A DNA stretch of 62,077 nt, filler included. It is 7 parts of 7 records of this genome, joined end to end, with 100 filler letters (N's around TTAATTAATTAA, not from the genome) between each part and the next. Parts side by side here need not be neighbours in the genome. Positions count along the whole stretch, not along the records: positions 40,426 to 47,962 come from SRR31147125_4688; positions 48,063 to 54,704 come from SRR31147125_4689; 5 more parts are not named here. One strand, written 5' to 3'. Both the position numbers and the translations under genes were made by a program. The notes beneath the pieces are model-generated. The model saw only the letters and a list, made by a program, of their open reading frames with translations. It did no database searches and had not been told where the DNA came from. Below are positions 40,754 to 53,143 of this stretch, piece by piece; within the stretch, counting starts at the first letter, position 1, and each line of letters begins with the position of its first letter.

Positions 40754-41871
40754 GCAGACGTTTTATACTGCTTTTCGGCGGAAAATCACATGAAAGAGAT
40801 ATTTCCACTATATCAGCTGCCTCAGTATATTCTTCATTAATTGAAATAGGATACGAAGTAACGTGCATCGGAATTACTCAGAATAATTTCATGTATCTGC
40901 AGCAGCCGGTAATAGAATATAACAGCACAACAGATTCCCATTATGCAGTTATTTCTGCTGAACCTTCCCGGCTTGTACATATTATACCCGGTATTGGATT
41001 TTTCAATGGTACAAAAATTATTGATGGAGACATTGTCTTTCCCGTCATGCATGGCTCTTTTGGTGAAGATGGCAGAGTACAAGCATTACTGGACCATATC
41101 CCATTGCCGGTAATTGGTTGTAATTATGTAAGTTCTATTCTCTGCTTTTCAAAATCATTGACAAAAATCCAGCTGGAGCATGCAGGAATCCCAACTGTCC
41201 CCTATTTTCTGGTACATAACTCAAGCAAATTTTCCATTCAGGCAATTGATGCACACATTACTTCGAGTTTTTCATACCCCGTGTTTGTTAAACCGGATAC
41301 ATCAGGGTCGTCAATTGGAATAAGCAGAGTTTCTTATGCGAATGAGCTTGAATCTGCCATTCAAAATGCTCTCTCCATATCAGATACAATTCTCATTGAA
41401 AAATCCATACAGGGGAAAGAACTTGAATGCAGTGTGATAGGTGATTCACTGCACGGCATTTTCTGTACTGTTCCCGGCGAAGTCATACCCATAGATGATT
41501 ATTATACATTTGAATCGAAATATACATTGCATCATGCCGATACGAAAATAGAAATCCCCGCTAATATAGAAAGCTCTGTTGTTGAGAAATGTCAACATTT
41601 CAGTAAGAGGGCATTTGACACCTTAGGATGCAGCGGGATGGCCCGTATCGACTTTCTGTACGATACGCAACAGAATACCGTTTATATAAATGAAATCAAC
41701 ACAATTCCCGGATTTACTCCCACCAGCATGTTCATTCAACTTCTGAAATACAGCGGTTTCACATGGGAAGAGGTCCTGAACAAGCTGATTCATTCCGCAC
41801 AAGTGAAACAGGATGAAATGCAGTATTATTTACATGATTTCCCATCACTATTTGAAGAAGGGAATACATAA
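40750..41871 (+). CDS. ddl: D-alanine--D-alanine ligase
   Basis: [43 protein letters not shown]. Confidence 0.95.
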   Translation: MSRRFILLFGGKSHERDISTISAASVYSSLIEIGYEVTCIGITQNNFMYLQQPVIEYNSTTDSHYAVISAEPSRLVHIIPGIGFFNGTKIIDGDIVFPVMHGSFGEDGRVQALLDHIPLPVIGCNYVSSILCFSKSLTKIQLEHAGIPTVPYFLVHNSSKFSIQAIDAHITSSFSYPVFVKPDTSGSSIGISRVSYANELESAIQNALSISDTILIEKSIQGKELECSVIGDSLHGIFCTVPGEVIPIDDYYTFESKYTLHHADTKIEIPANIESSVVEKCQHFSKRAFDTLGCSGMARIDFLYDTQQNTVYINEINTIPGFTPTSMFIQLLKYSGFTWEEVLNKLIHSAQVKQDEMQYYLHDFPSLFEEGNT

Positions 41872-43111
41872 TGTCTCAGAAGTGTTTTTTCCATGTTGAT
41901 ATGGATGCATTTTATGCTTCAGTTGAACAAAACGATATCCCCGAGCTGCGAGGAAAACCCGTTATTGTCGGCGGGACATCAAACAGAGGGGTTGTCTCGG
42001 CATGTTCGTATGAAGCAAGAAAATTCGGAGTACATTCGGCTATGCCTATATTTCAGGCAAAAAACTTTGCCCAAACGGTTACTATGTACGCGGGCGTATG
42101 CAGCGTTATATGCAGGTAAGTAATGATATTATGGATATCCTGCATGATTTTTCTCCGGAAGTTCAGCAAATTTCTATTGATGAGGCATTTCTTGATATGA
42201 CTGGAACCGAGTTACTTCTGGGACCTCCCGAATCTGCTGCTGCAGAGCTGAAACATATCATCAAAAGCGAAACCGGTCTTACCATATCAATTGGCATCGG
42301 ATCATCAAAGTTTATTGCAAAACTGGCATCCGAACACGGGAAACCCGATGGATTATTCCATGTCCGGGATGGCAGCGAAATAGCATTTATGGATACACTG
42401 CGTGTTAAAGATATTTGGGGAATAGGATCAAAAGCAGCCGAGATGATTGCAAATAAAGGCATCACATCTATTCATCAATTACGGGATTTCAGTGAATCGA
42501 TGCTGAAAAATCATTTTGGTGATGCAACCGGCAGTTATCTGTACAGTACGTGCCGCGGTATTGATCCCGGCATCTTTTCAGCTCAAGCGAAAAACCGCTC
42601 AATAAGTAATGAAATAACATTGACGCATGACAGCAATAATAAGGAAGCAATAACACAAATTTTATTCGATCTCTGCCATCAGGTTGTATTCAGATCATTT
42701 TCCAGTAATGTTATGGGAAAAACGGCATTTATAAAGTTCAAATACTCAGATTTTTCATCCATCTCCGCTAGAAAGACATTTGAAAACTACTTACTCTCAT
42801 CCGAACAATTGTTCGATGTCTTGAAAAATCTTTTCTTTGAAAAGTGGTCCGGAAATCCGATACGACTGATAGGCGCAGGAATCGGTGGACTTGAAAAACG
42901 CAGTAAACCAATACAGAATGAACTTTTTGCTACCGAATATGATAAAAAAAGAATAATAGAGCAGGCTGTTCATTCCATAAATAATGACGGCTATACACTC
43001 ATGAAAGCTTCTACACTGCTAGGGAAAAGGGAAAAAGCCACAGCCGGGAAAAAAGAACGAAAGGAGAACGTAGTCAGTAATGCCTTTGAATATTGTATTA
43101 GTAGAACCTGA
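41871..43111 (+). CDS. dinB: DNA polymerase IV, frameshift in the A run near 42060; C-terminal end uncertain
   Basis: [37 protein letters not shown]. Confidence 0.92.
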
Positions 43112-43580
43112 AATACCACAGAACACCGGAAATATTGTGCGGACATGTGCCGCTTTGCATGCCTCTCTGCACTTGATTGAACCGTTAGGTTTCTCAATAA
43201 CTGACCGCTACCTGAAACGCGCAGGATTGGATTACTGGCATATGCTGGATATAAAAGTGCATAAAGATTTTGACACTTTCCTGACTGAATTGCATCCTGA
43301 AAACCTCTTCTATTACACAACCAAATCACGAAAACTCTATACAGAAATTGAATATCCTGCCAACAGTTATCTTGTTTTCGGCAAGGAATCAAAAGGACTT
43401 CCCGAGGAGCTGCTGGTTGACAATCAAGAGCATTGCATCCGTATCCCGATGGTGGATGAATCCCGATCTTTGAATTTGTCAAATTCTGTAGCGATAGCCG
43501 CGTATGAGTATCACCGGCAAAGAAACTTCAGAGGATTGATGATAGCAGGGAATCTGCATAATCTCAGTTGGAAAAATTAG
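43080..43580 (+). CDS. trmL: tRNA (cytidine34-2'-O)-methyltransferase
   Basis: [36 protein letters not shown]. Confidence 0.95.
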   Translation: MPLNIVLVEPEIPQNTGNIVRTCAALHASLHLIEPLGFSITDRYLKRAGLDYWHMLDIKVHKDFDTFLTELHPENLFYYTTKSRKLYTEIEYPANSYLVFGKESKGLPEELLVDNQEHCIRIPMVDESRSLNLSNSVAIAAYEYHRQRNFRGLMIAGNLHNLSWKN

Positions 43581-43611
43581 CCTGTACCTGTATATAGCCT
43601 GTACCTGTATA
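43578..43611 (+). repeat. Perfect 17-bp tandem duplication at the trmL stop
   Basis: TAGCCTGTACCTGTATA twice. Confidence 0.85.
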
Positions 43612-43640
43612 TTGCAATATGGGAATAAAATAACTACTAT
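43612..43640 (+). promoter_or_regulatory. Putative sigma70 promoter of proC
   Basis: TTGCAA-17-TACTAT, with a GGAGG RBS downstream. Confidence 0.45.
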
Positions 43641-43674
43641 GTAGCCAAATCAAGATATGTTCGGAGGAAACCGA

Positions 43675-44469
43675 ATGAAGAGTATCGGCTTTATAGGATG
43701 CGGCAATATGGGAAGTGCCATCGCGGAAGCGGTTGCGGCTAAGTATCCCGAAACAACAATCAATCTTTATGATTCAGATTCAACCAGAAAAATCAGTTTG
43801 TCAGAAAAAATATCGGCAAAATCTGCAGAAAATACAACTGACCTCGTGAGTATGTCCGATATCGTAGTTCTCGCAGTCAAACCGCAGATTTTACCGGATA
43901 TTTATGCACAGTTGAAATCAGCTGGTAGTAATCAGAAATATATTTCCATTGCAGCCGGCGTCTCTTTGGTAACACTGAAAAAGCAGCTGGGATCTTCTCA
44001 AATTATACGTTTCATGCCGAATATTGCTGCTTCAGTCTCTAAAGCCGTTACTGCAGTGGCAGCTGCTCAGGAAGTCGATATAGCATTCAAAAAGAGTGCT
44101 GAACGTATTGCTTCCTCCTGTGGTACCTGCTTTGAGCTTGATGAAGCCCTATTCCCTGCATTTATCGGTATTTCCGGATCGGCTATCGCCTTTTTCTATC
44201 AATTTTTGCACGCAGTTGCTCTGGGCGGAACCCGTGAGGGCATACCCTACCCGACTTCGCTGTCTATAGCCGCAGATACTTTTTCCGGCGCTATTGAACT
44301 AATGAAGGCGAATGCTGAACTGCCTTCATCATTGATAACCAAGGTAACTTCCGCCGGAGGGACTACAATAGACGGAATTCATGCACTGGAAAGCGGTAAC
44401 TTAAACAGTACCGTTATGAATGCTGTGAATGCGGCCGCTGCTAAAGCTCAGCGTCTTGAACAGAAGTAG
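43675..44469 (+). CDS. proC: Pyrroline-5-carboxylate reductase
   Basis: FIGCGNMG, LAVKPQ, SIAAG, RFMPN, SGS, VTSAGGTT. Confidence 0.95.
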   Translation: MKSIGFIGCGNMGSAIAEAVAAKYPETTINLYDSDSTRKISLSEKISAKSAENTTDLVSMSDIVVLAVKPQILPDIYAQLKSAGSNQKYISIAAGVSLVTLKKQLGSSQIIRFMPNIAASVSKAVTAVAAAQEVDIAFKKSAERIASSCGTCFELDEALFPAFIGISGSAIAFFYQFLHAVALGGTREGIPYPTSLSIAADTFSGAIELMKANAELPSSLITKVTSAGGTTIDGIHALESGNLNSTVMNAVNAAAAKAQRLEQK

Positions 44470-44509
44470 CCGCTTTTAATTAAGAAAATTATCATATAAA
44501 GGAAAAACC

Positions 44510-45790
44510 ATGATAGATACAAAAAACCTGAAGCAGAAACGTGATCTTATCCAAAAGAATATAACTGACCGATATATGAATGTTGATATTGATACTGTTA
44601 TAAACCTGCAGGAAAAGCGCTCCGAACTTATTTCCAGGACAGATGAACTGCGGAAACAGCGTAATGAAAACGCGCGCAGCATGAAAGGGAAAATGACTCC
44701 CGAAGAACGTACTACACTCATTAATAAGGGGAAAAAGCTAAAAATCGATATTGCGGATATTGAAAAGGAGCTGCAGCTTATTGAAAAAGCTTATACCGCA
44801 GCAGCATCTGAGATACCGAATTACGCACATCCTGATGCTCCTGTTGGCAAGGAAGATAAAGATAACCTTGAAATAAAACGTTATGGGGACATTCCCGAAT
44901 TCACTTTTACACCGAAAGATCATCTTGAACTAGGATCAGAACTTGATTTAATAGATTTTGAGACCGGTGCGAAAGTTTCCGGCGCGAAATTTTACTATCT
45001 GAAAAATGAAGCGGTGTTTCTTGATTTGGCAATTCAGCAATATGTTCTCTCAATTCTCAGAAATCATGGTTTTATCGTAACTGTAACACCCGATATCGCG
45101 AAAGAGAGCATTGTGGAAGGTATTGGATTCAATCCCCGTGGTACCGAAAGCAATATTTATACTATTCAGGATACTGGTACTTGTCTTGTGGGAACTGCAG
45201 AAATCACCCTTGGCGGCTACCATGCCAACAGTATCCTCAATGCGGACCAGCTGCCAATAAAAATGGCTGGTCTGTCCCACTGCTTCAGACGGGAAGCAGG
45301 TGCTGCCGGACAATACTCCAAAGGACTCTACAGGGTTCATCAGTTTACAAAAGTAGAGATGTTCGTTTATGCACATCCGGAACAGTCTGAAGCTCTGCAT
45401 CAACTGCTGCTTGATATTGAAGAAGAAATTTTTCAGGGACTGGAAATTCCCTACAGAGTCGTCGATACCTGTACCGGAGATTTGGGAGCTCCTGCATACA
45501 GGAAATTTGACTTGGAGGCCTGGATGCCGGGTCGTGGTGACAACGGCGACTGGGGGGAGATTACCAGTACATCCAACTGCACCGACTATCAGGCAAGAAG
45601 ACTTGGGGTAAGATTCAAGGAAAATGAAACAGCAAAACCCGAATTTGTACACATGCTGAATGGTACTGCCGTAGCGTTATCAAGAGCATTGATCGCTATA
45701 ATTGAAAACCATCAGCAGGAAGATGGATCAATCAGAATTCCCAAGAATCTGGTACCCTATACCGGTTTCACTGAAATAAAAAGGAACTGA
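44510..45790 (+). CDS. serS: Serine--tRNA ligase
   Basis: N-terminal coiled coil, GTAE, CFRREAG, GLYRVHQF, EITSTSNCTDYQARRL, LNGT. Confidence 0.97.
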   Translation: MIDTKNLKQKRDLIQKNITDRYMNVDIDTVINLQEKRSELISRTDELRKQRNENARSMKGKMTPEERTTLINKGKKLKIDIADIEKELQLIEKAYTAAASEIPNYAHPDAPVGKEDKDNLEIKRYGDIPEFTFTPKDHLELGSELDLIDFETGAKVSGAKFYYLKNEAVFLDLAIQQYVLSILRNHGFIVTVTPDIAKESIVEGIGFNPRGTESNIYTIQDTGTCLVGTAEITLGGYHANSILNADQLPIKMAGLSHCFRREAGAAGQYSKGLYRVHQFTKVEMFVYAHPEQSEALHQLLLDIEEEIFQGLEIPYRVVDTCTGDLGAPAYRKFDLEAWMPGRGDNGDWGEITSTSNCTDYQARRLGVRFKENETAKPEFVHMLNGTAVALSRALIAIIENHQQEDGSIRIPKNLVPYTGFTEIKRN

Positions 45791-45845
45791 TAGGTACTGT
45801 TTTTATGTTGTCTCATTTGCAGTGTAACTATCCGGAGGATCAATC

Positions 45846-47280
45846 ATGAAGAATTCAGCGCTTATTACAGATTTCTACGAACTCACTATGTCTCAGGGCT
45901 GTTTCTTACAACAGAAAAATCCTCCGGTGGTCTTTGATATGTTCTATCGTTCACAGCCATTTAACGGCGGCTATGCTATTTTCTGCGGTTTACAGGATAT
46001 TTTGGAAATTCTTGAGAATTTTCATTTTTCTGATGATGACATTGCTTATCTGAAATCACTTGGAATTTTTCGAAATGAGTTTCTTACATTTCTTCGCTCA
46101 TTCAAATTTCAGGGTGATGTGTATGCCATGGATGAGGGATCAGTTATCTTTCCGGGTGAACCGCTGATACGTATCCACAGCAATTTAATTGAAGCTCAGC
46201 TCATAGAGAGTATTTTACTTAATACAATAAATTTCCAGACATTGATTGCCACAAAAATGTCACATGTGCATCATGCCTCACGTTACGGGAAAGTGATGGA
46301 ATTTGGTCTGCGGCGAGCACAGGGCGTCGATGGAGCGCTTTCTGCTTCGCGCGCGGCGTTTATCGGCGGTGCGTACGCTACATCCAACACATTGGCTGGA
46401 AAAACTTTCGGGATACCGGTAAGTGGCACTATGGCTCATTCTTGGGTTATGTCGTTTGATAATGAATTGGAATCATTCAGAGCCTATAGTCAGATTTTCC
46501 CGGAAAACTGCACTCTACTGATAGATACATATGACACTTTAGGATCCGGGATTGAGAACGCAATCATTATCGGTAAGGAACTTAAAGAACAAGGTCACTC
46601 AATCGGAGTAAGAATAGACAGCGGAGACTTGAGTTACCTCAGCAGAAAAGTCCGTGAACGCCTTGATGAAGCCGGTCTTGAAGATGCGAGAATAATTGCT
46701 TCCAATGATCTGAACGAAGAAATCATCAACTTGCTGGTATCTGACGGTGTTCCAATTGATGTCTGGGGTCGGTACCCACCTTGTTACCGGAGGTTCCCAG
46801 GCCTCTATGAATGGAGTATACAAGCTATCGGCAAAGATGGATGATGCAGGGATATATCAGCCTGCAATGAAAGTATCAAATACCATCATGAAGACCACTG
46901 ATCCAGGAATAAAACAGGTATATCGGTTTTATGATAATGATAATCTAGCCTTAATTGATTTAATTTCTCTAACTGATGAGGATGTTTCTGAAGGAAAAAC
47001 CTACACATTCCTCCATCCCTTTAATGAAACCGATCACAAAAAAGTTCAGCCTGAAACCTACAGTCGAATCAGACCTATGCTGAGCGAAAAAATGAAATCC
47101 GGCAAAAGAAGCGTGAGAAAACCAAGTTTATCTGAAATTCAAAACAATGTGCAAAAAGAGCTGAATCTGCTGCATAAGTCGTATAAACGCTTTATAAATC
47201 CTCATGTCTATAAAGTATCTCTTTCGCCGCAGTTAAAAAAACTGAAAACAGATTTAATAAAGAAATTTATTAATGAATAA
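45846..47280 (+). CDS. pncB: Nicotinate phosphoribosyltransferase, frameshift in the G run near 46768
   Basis: TDFYELTM, EFGLRRAQG, GTMAHS, IDTYD, RIDSGD, ASNDL, then GVGTHLV and GVYKL. Confidence 0.93.
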
Positions 47281-47306
47281 TCCGCATACTTTATACAGAG
47301 CAGGTA

Positions 47307-47962
47307 TTAATGCGAAAGAATATCACTATAGAAGAGTAGTCCCTGAGCAATTGCTTCTGCAATTATTTCCTGATAATCAGGATCATTGAGGTTTCTCATT
47401 TCCGAATCCCAAGTCATAAATCCGGTCTCTATTAGAATCGATGGCATATATGTGTACTTTAAAACATAAAAATCACTCTCTTTCAGTCCTCTGTTTCTTG
47501 TTAATCCTGAAAGTTTTGCTTCCATTGCCATAAGAACACTTTTAGCCAGAGCGGCATCCGCATAATCTAAATCGCTGTTTAAACTGTTATTGGCGGTAAC
47601 CTGTAAATTATTTATTATGCTTTCATTTACTGATGAATTGAGAAAATCATGATGTATTTCTGGATATAATTGCCAAACTTCATATCCATAGGCGGTTATG
47701 CCCGGTGCCGCGTTGGCATGGATGGAGACAAATATTTTACTTTTACCATCTGCAACTTCAGTTATATTAGCTAATATCGCACGATCAAAGAGAGACAATG
47801 TATTATCTTCTTCCCGTGTCATAATAACAGCGCAATCTTGTAGATTATCCATTAATTTTTTCTGCAGAATTTTTGCTATTGCCAAATTTATATCTTTTTC
47901 ATATATGTCTCTGGTTCCAATTTCATCGGAAAATTCGACAACTGCTCCCGGATCCGTTCCCC
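47307..47962 (-). CDS. N-acetylmuramoyl-L-alanine amidase (Amidase_3), 5'-truncated
   Basis: GTDPGA...EKDINL, MTR, FVSIHANA, MPSILIETGF. Confidence 0.9.
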
Positions 47963-48062
47963 NNNNNNNNNNNNNNNNNNNNNNNNNNNNNNNNNNNNNN
48001 NNNNNNTTAATTAATTAANNNNNNNNNNNNNNNNNNNNNNNNNNNNNNNNNNNNNNNNNNNN
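47963..48062. other. Artificial contig linker
   Basis: N44-TTAATTAATTAA-N44. Confidence 0.99.
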
Positions 48063-50156
48063 GGGAGCCTCTTTTACAACGCGTCTGTATTCATTTCCCG
48101 CTTCATAATGTTTATCATCCTCGGCGAGTAGTTCGGCACTGAGATAAACGGATTCGGCAAGACGACGACGTGCCTTTGATTTTACCTCTTCTGTTCCCTG
48201 ACTTTTCAGGATTCTTTTCGCCACAATTTCAGAACTTTTAAAATCGGCCTTCCCAAAATAACTTTCCATAATGGCATATCGGGCCTGATTTACCTGCTCA
48301 CTTCCAGGGAAATGCCTTAACAGCGTATTGAAATACCTTAACGCATCGCGAAACTGATTATGACGGTAATAGAGTGCCCCGGCATTAGCTAAAAATGTTG
48401 GTGTCTCCACAGCATGAGGAAATAGTTTTATGAAATTATCATAAGCACCGGCTAGCCTTATTTCTTCAGGTGACAAAGGGCTTGTCTGTAACTGCATTTT
48501 TTCACGAAAACTGAACGCATTGCCTGCCTGATCACCTGCCTCTGCCTTAAGATCTGCAATAGTAACAGGTATTTCTTCAGATGATTTTTGTTCAGCCGTT
48601 TCAATCGCTTTAATTGCAGCATCTCTGGCTACAGCCACAGCGTTTTCAGCTGCATATCTTTGAAACCGTGTGCCCCAGTACAACTGGCTTATTTTTAAAT
48701 ATTCATCAAATGCCTGTTCCGATTGATTCAGCTTTGTATCCATCGTCAAAGCCATATTCCAATGAATCAGTGCGGCACTGGAATCTTCAGGAAAAGCCTC
48801 TAAATATTTTTTGCTCTCTACAATAGACTGACGATAAAGATCCACATCATTTGCTTCCTGCCCGCGATTTAAAATAACGGTGATGTTGTCTCGCAAAGCA
48901 CTTTCAGCAAAATCATGAGCCTGCTCTCGTACTTTTGGATCCTGATTTTTTTCCCACCAATCTGTACCAGACCTGTAATTATTAAAAAGTAAATCTCTGC
49001 CCAGGTAAGCCAGAGGCATATTCTCCAGCCTTCGATGACCCTGAACAATCTGATTCTGAATAGCTGGAGCGATAGGTGAATCAGGATAAATCTTGAGTAA
49101 CAAGGAATAGGCTGAGATGGCATTTTCATAATCTTCCTTCTCTCTCATATAAGCATCACCAATTCGTTTCAAAATTGCAATGCCGTAATCTCTTCCGCCT
49201 ATCTCGGAAAGATAACGCGCCGCCTCTTCAGGACCGCCATGTTCCAGAAAACTGAGACCGATATATTCCACGGATTCATCAACGAGTGATGGATTGGTAT
49301 ACTTGCGTAATGGATCATATGGTGAAGTTCGATCAATATCATCTGCCAGTAATGTAAAATAAGATATGGCTTTGGTATAATCACTTAATCGATAATAACT
49401 CCAGCCCAATCGGTAGAGTGCTTCATCATACCGTGGACTGTCCCGAAAGTTAAGCACCTTTTCATAAAAAGAAATCGCTTTTTGAATATCATTTTGTGGA
49501 GGATTAAAATAATACTCTCCCATTCGCATATACACATCAGGAACCAATGGACTGTCTGTAAGATCATTAAGTATTTTATCATAATAAGCGAAAGCGCTGT
49601 CCGCATGTCCGGATTCCTCTAGTAAAAAACCAATATTATAAAAAGCGTCATCAACCAAATCACTTTGAGGATAATCTTCAATGACCGAAACATACATTGT
49701 TAACGCCTTTGTAATATCTTTTTTTGGCTCCTCCGGTGCCTCAAAAATTTCTCCCCGATCATACAGGGCATATAAGCGGTCAAATTCAGCCATTCTTTGT
49801 TCAAAATAGTCTTGCTCATTTTCATAATGCAATTCAGCAAGCCTCATCATGACTTTATCGCCGACTTTGCTTTTCGGATTGCGTAAAAGAAATAGTTCTC
49901 CATCCCGAATGCCCCGTTGACGCAATTCCATTCTCTCATTTTCAAGTCGGGTAATTTCACGTTGGTACTCATTTCTATAATTATCAAGCTCTTCAAGTGT
50001 ATAGCTGGTGAGTACAGAATCCCTTTCGGATAATATTTTCAAAAAGCTATTATCCTTTTCCGCCGTTTGTGCAAAAGTCATGGGCAATACTATTACATGA
50101 ATTAAACAGCAAACATAGAAAGTTAGAATTGTTTTTCTTGAATAACTTTTTAGCAT
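48063..50156 (-). CDS. Large secreted TPR protein (AgmU/GltD-like), 3'-truncated
   Basis: Signal peptide, RLAELHYE, DYPQSDLVDDAFYNIG, YMRMGEYYF, ALYRLGWSYYRL. Confidence 0.8.
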
Positions 50157-50230
50157 TAGGTTATACCCAACTATGACTGTTAAGATTTATTTTGGTATCA
50201 AATAAATTAGTAAAGAATTTTAACATCCGA

Positions 50231-53143
50231 TCAGGGATTGATTAACAAATCAAGCTTTTCTTCCCAGGTTTCCTCTTCACTCTGTTTTGTATCAAAATAC
50301 AAATTATCAAAATAGGTCTGTTTTTCCAACTGTTCAAGTTGAATTTTCCGGGAAAGAAGACTGTCATGTATTCGACGAATGTCTTGCTCAAATACTTTTA
50401 ATTTTTGTTCAATTTCTGATCGACGCCGGTTCAACAACGATTCTATCGTATTAAGTCTATCGGCATAAAAATCAATTTCACCTAATTTTTTCTTGCGTAA
50501 ATCATAAACAACATCACTCATACCTAAGCCGGACACATCCCGCCAGTATTCCATATTCGATTGTGGCTCGCCAGGACGATTCTCAACCATCCAGGCCTTG
50601 AACCGACTCAGCTGATCTCTCAAATTGCTTAAATCAGACTCTACCATCTCAATATCAGTCTGTACGGAAATAGATTTCCCGCTTGTTGTTTGTGTTTTGA
50701 CATTTTGAGCCCGATTCAGATTTCTTTCAATTCTCTGTTTCTCTATATCAAGCTCTCGGAAAATAGTGGCCATATTCTCACGTTGATAGTGCATACTCGC
50801 CTCTTTTGCAGCAAGAGGAAAGTCAACCAAATAAGCTGTGTTTGTCACATCCTTGTCAGCCCTATATGTTTCCAGCACTTTCACAAGACGAACTCGCTGT
50901 GAAACAGCTTTTTCCGCTATATCACTCCGCCCCTGTTCATGGGCCCAGGCTATAATCGAATCCAGTTCAAATAACCGATCAACAATATTTTTTCGCTCAT
51001 CATAATAGTCCTGGATTAATAAGCTGCCCGTATCACTTTTCTCTTTAATTCTCAATAAAAATTCGTTTAAATCAATCTTGATACTTTCTATTTCAGAGTA
51101 TAACTCTGTCTGCCGTCTCTCCAACGCATCCTGTTCCATTCTGTTGAGCTGCTTGACCTGCCCCAGAACCTGCTCGCGTTCTTTATCGAAATTTTTCCGG
51201 GTTTCCAGCACACCATGCGCCCGAACAACATAACGGTAGGAATTCAAGGCACTTTCCGGTTGCTCCAACATCTGTTTACAATGTGCGGACAATGAAAGTG
51301 CTTCATAAGTATAATTTGAAGAAAGATAATTCTTTAGTAATGAATGCGATCTCTCCAGACTCGCATCCGGATTTCCTAAATTATAATTTGTCCATGCCTG
51401 GCCGATAAGTGCCGCATCATAGTCTTCTGAGCCTCTGGACACTTTACTAAATACACTATTTGCCAATGCATAATTACCACGCTGGTAATAAATCATTCCA
51501 AGCCGGATTAGAGCAGTATTTCGAATGTGAGCAACATTTAAATCTGTCCATGGATAATTTTTCCTGGTGGTTAAATTCCTGAAAACTGGCATTGCTTGAT
51601 CATAATCATTCAAATTCGTGTACACAACACCAAGTAATAATTGAGCCGGTAAATAAAATTGCGTTTTTTCCGGTACTTTTAAAAGAATATCTCGTGCTTT
51701 TGTATACTGAGATCTGTCAAAATATTTATTAGCCGCAATATAGTGCGCATAAGACAAAACACCTTCTGTTGCCAATGTATCTAAATTTACTATCTGATTG
51801 TAATATGTTAATAGTTTTTGACTGGAACCAGTCATATTTTCTAATTGCATCATCCTTATCAGTGCTTCAGTATGATAAGGTGTTACTACGGAATCGGTCA
51901 AAATTATCTGATAGGCCTCCCTGGCGGAATCATAGGCCATCCTGTTATACCGGCATTCTGCCAGATAGTATCGTAGAGGAGTAAAAAAAGTATAATATCC
52001 CTGATAATTATCAAGGATGTCCGCCAATTGGTATTCAGCAACCCGGTATCGTCCGTCCACATAATTAAACAAAGCAGATTTTATTTCTTTTGCAATCATT
52101 CTTTCGATCTGGAATTCAAATCCATTTCTTATTAATTTTTTTCGAACAATTTCATATTCCGCCAATTTCGTCTTTACATCAGATATTCGCTCGGCCTTCC
52201 ACGCATCGATAACGGCCGTTACAGAAGGATTCTCTGGCAACGAATAACCTGAATCCGACAGGTAATCATATAACGTTTTATCCAATCTATTTAAAAGCGA
52301 TTCCTTTATGGATAATATTTCAGCTGAAACGTCCTTTGAGTGCAACTTTGCTACTTCGTCTGCATCCTTGACAACCTTTTGCACATTTTTAGTTTCATCC
52401 CGAAACATCTCAAAATCATCAGGTAAAAGTGGCCCCAATTTATCCCATTGACTCAGCACCTTGATTAAATTTGACTTTTGCTCCTCAATCATGGATAGCG
52501 CTTTTTCATCATTACTATCCACTGCTTGCACTTTTAGCCACTCAAGTGTATCGTAAATACCTAAAAGAGAATCAACTTCTTCAGTGTATTCGTCGATTAC
52601 GGCACCAATTTTTGTGGGTGTATACAGACTTTTCTTGTACAATTCACGATTTTCCAGGGAGGATGTTACATTTACTTTTAGATCCAATAATTCATTAAAT
52701 GATTGCAAATCACCGTCGTATTCTGCAACTTGTTGTAATCTTTGCAAATCGTTATAAATGCCCAAAATAGCATCAAGTTCTTTTGAATATTCATTTGACA
52801 GGCTATCGGATGATCCATGAATAAGCCCAAAACCGGACTTGTCATCAACAAGACTATCTTTGCCGCGTTTAGAAACTTCGTCGTTTATTAATTGAACCAG
52901 CTGCAAAACTTGAATTTCTCTTGCCAGGAGTTCGTCAACAACCTGTTGTGTCTTTTGGTTAAGGTAATATCTCAGTTTCTCTTCAAACTGAAGTTTGGTT
53001 TTATCCTGACTATCAGAACGCACCTCATTATCTTGTCCTTGTACCTGAGATGGGATCCACATCATCAATAGACAGAAAAATAGCATAGGGGAATAGAATT
53101 TACGATGAAAAATTGAAAGATCAGGGGAGGTTAGGCGTATCAT
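50231..53143 (-). CDS. Large secreted TPR/coiled-coil protein
   Basis: Signal peptide, central TPRs (YYLAECRY, LLLGVVY, IRLGMIYY, ALIGQAW), coiled-coil C terminus. Confidence 0.8.
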   Translation of the reverse strand: MIRLTSPDLSIFHRKFYSPMLFFCLLMMWIPSQVQGQDNEVRSDSQDKTKLQFEEKLRYYLNQKTQQVVDELLAREIQVLQLVQLINDEVSKRGKDSLVDDKSGFGLIHGSSDSLSNEYSKELDAILGIYNDLQRLQQVAEYDGDLQSFNELLDLKVNVTSSLENRELYKKSLYTPTKIGAVIDEYTEEVDSLLGIYDTLEWLKVQAVDSNDEKALSMIEEQKSNLIKVLSQWDKLGPLLPDDFEMFRDETKNVQKVVKDADEVAKLHSKDVSAEILSIKESLLNRLDKTLYDYLSDSGYSLPENPSVTAVIDAWKAERISDVKTKLAEYEIVRKKLIRNGFEFQIERMIAKEIKSALFNYVDGRYRVAEYQLADILDNYQGYYTFFTPLRYYLAECRYNRMAYDSAREAYQIILTDSVVTPYHTEALIRMMQLENMTGSSQKLLTYYNQIVNLDTLATEGVLSYAHYIAANKYFDRSQYTKARDILLKVPEKTQFYLPAQLLLGVVYTNLNDYDQAMPVFRNLTTRKNYPWTDLNVAHIRNTALIRLGMIYYQRGNYALANSVFSKVSRGSEDYDAALIGQAWTNYNLGNPDASLERSHSLLKNYLSSNYTYEALSLSAHCKQMLEQPESALNSYRYVVRAHGVLETRKNFDKEREQVLGQVKQLNRMEQDALERRQTELYSEIESIKIDLNEFLLRIKEKSDTGSLLIQDYYDERKNIVDRLFELDSIIAWAHEQGRSDIAEKAVSQRVRLVKVLETYRADKDVTNTAYLVDFPLAAKEASMHYQRENMATIFRELDIEKQRIERNLNRAQNVKTQTTSGKSISVQTDIEMVESDLSNLRDQLSRFKAWMVENRPGEPQSNMEYWRDVSGLGMSDVVYDLRKKKLGEIDFYADRLNTIESLLNRRRSEIEQKLKVFEQDIRRIHDSLLSRKIQLEQLEKQTYFDNLYFDTKQSEEETWEEKLDLLINP

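Noticed and set aside
40750..41871. Van-type D-Ala-D-Lac ligase
   Set aside because: The omega-loop ESKY tyrosine is retained, the gene sits next to murE, and there are no vanH/vanX genes.
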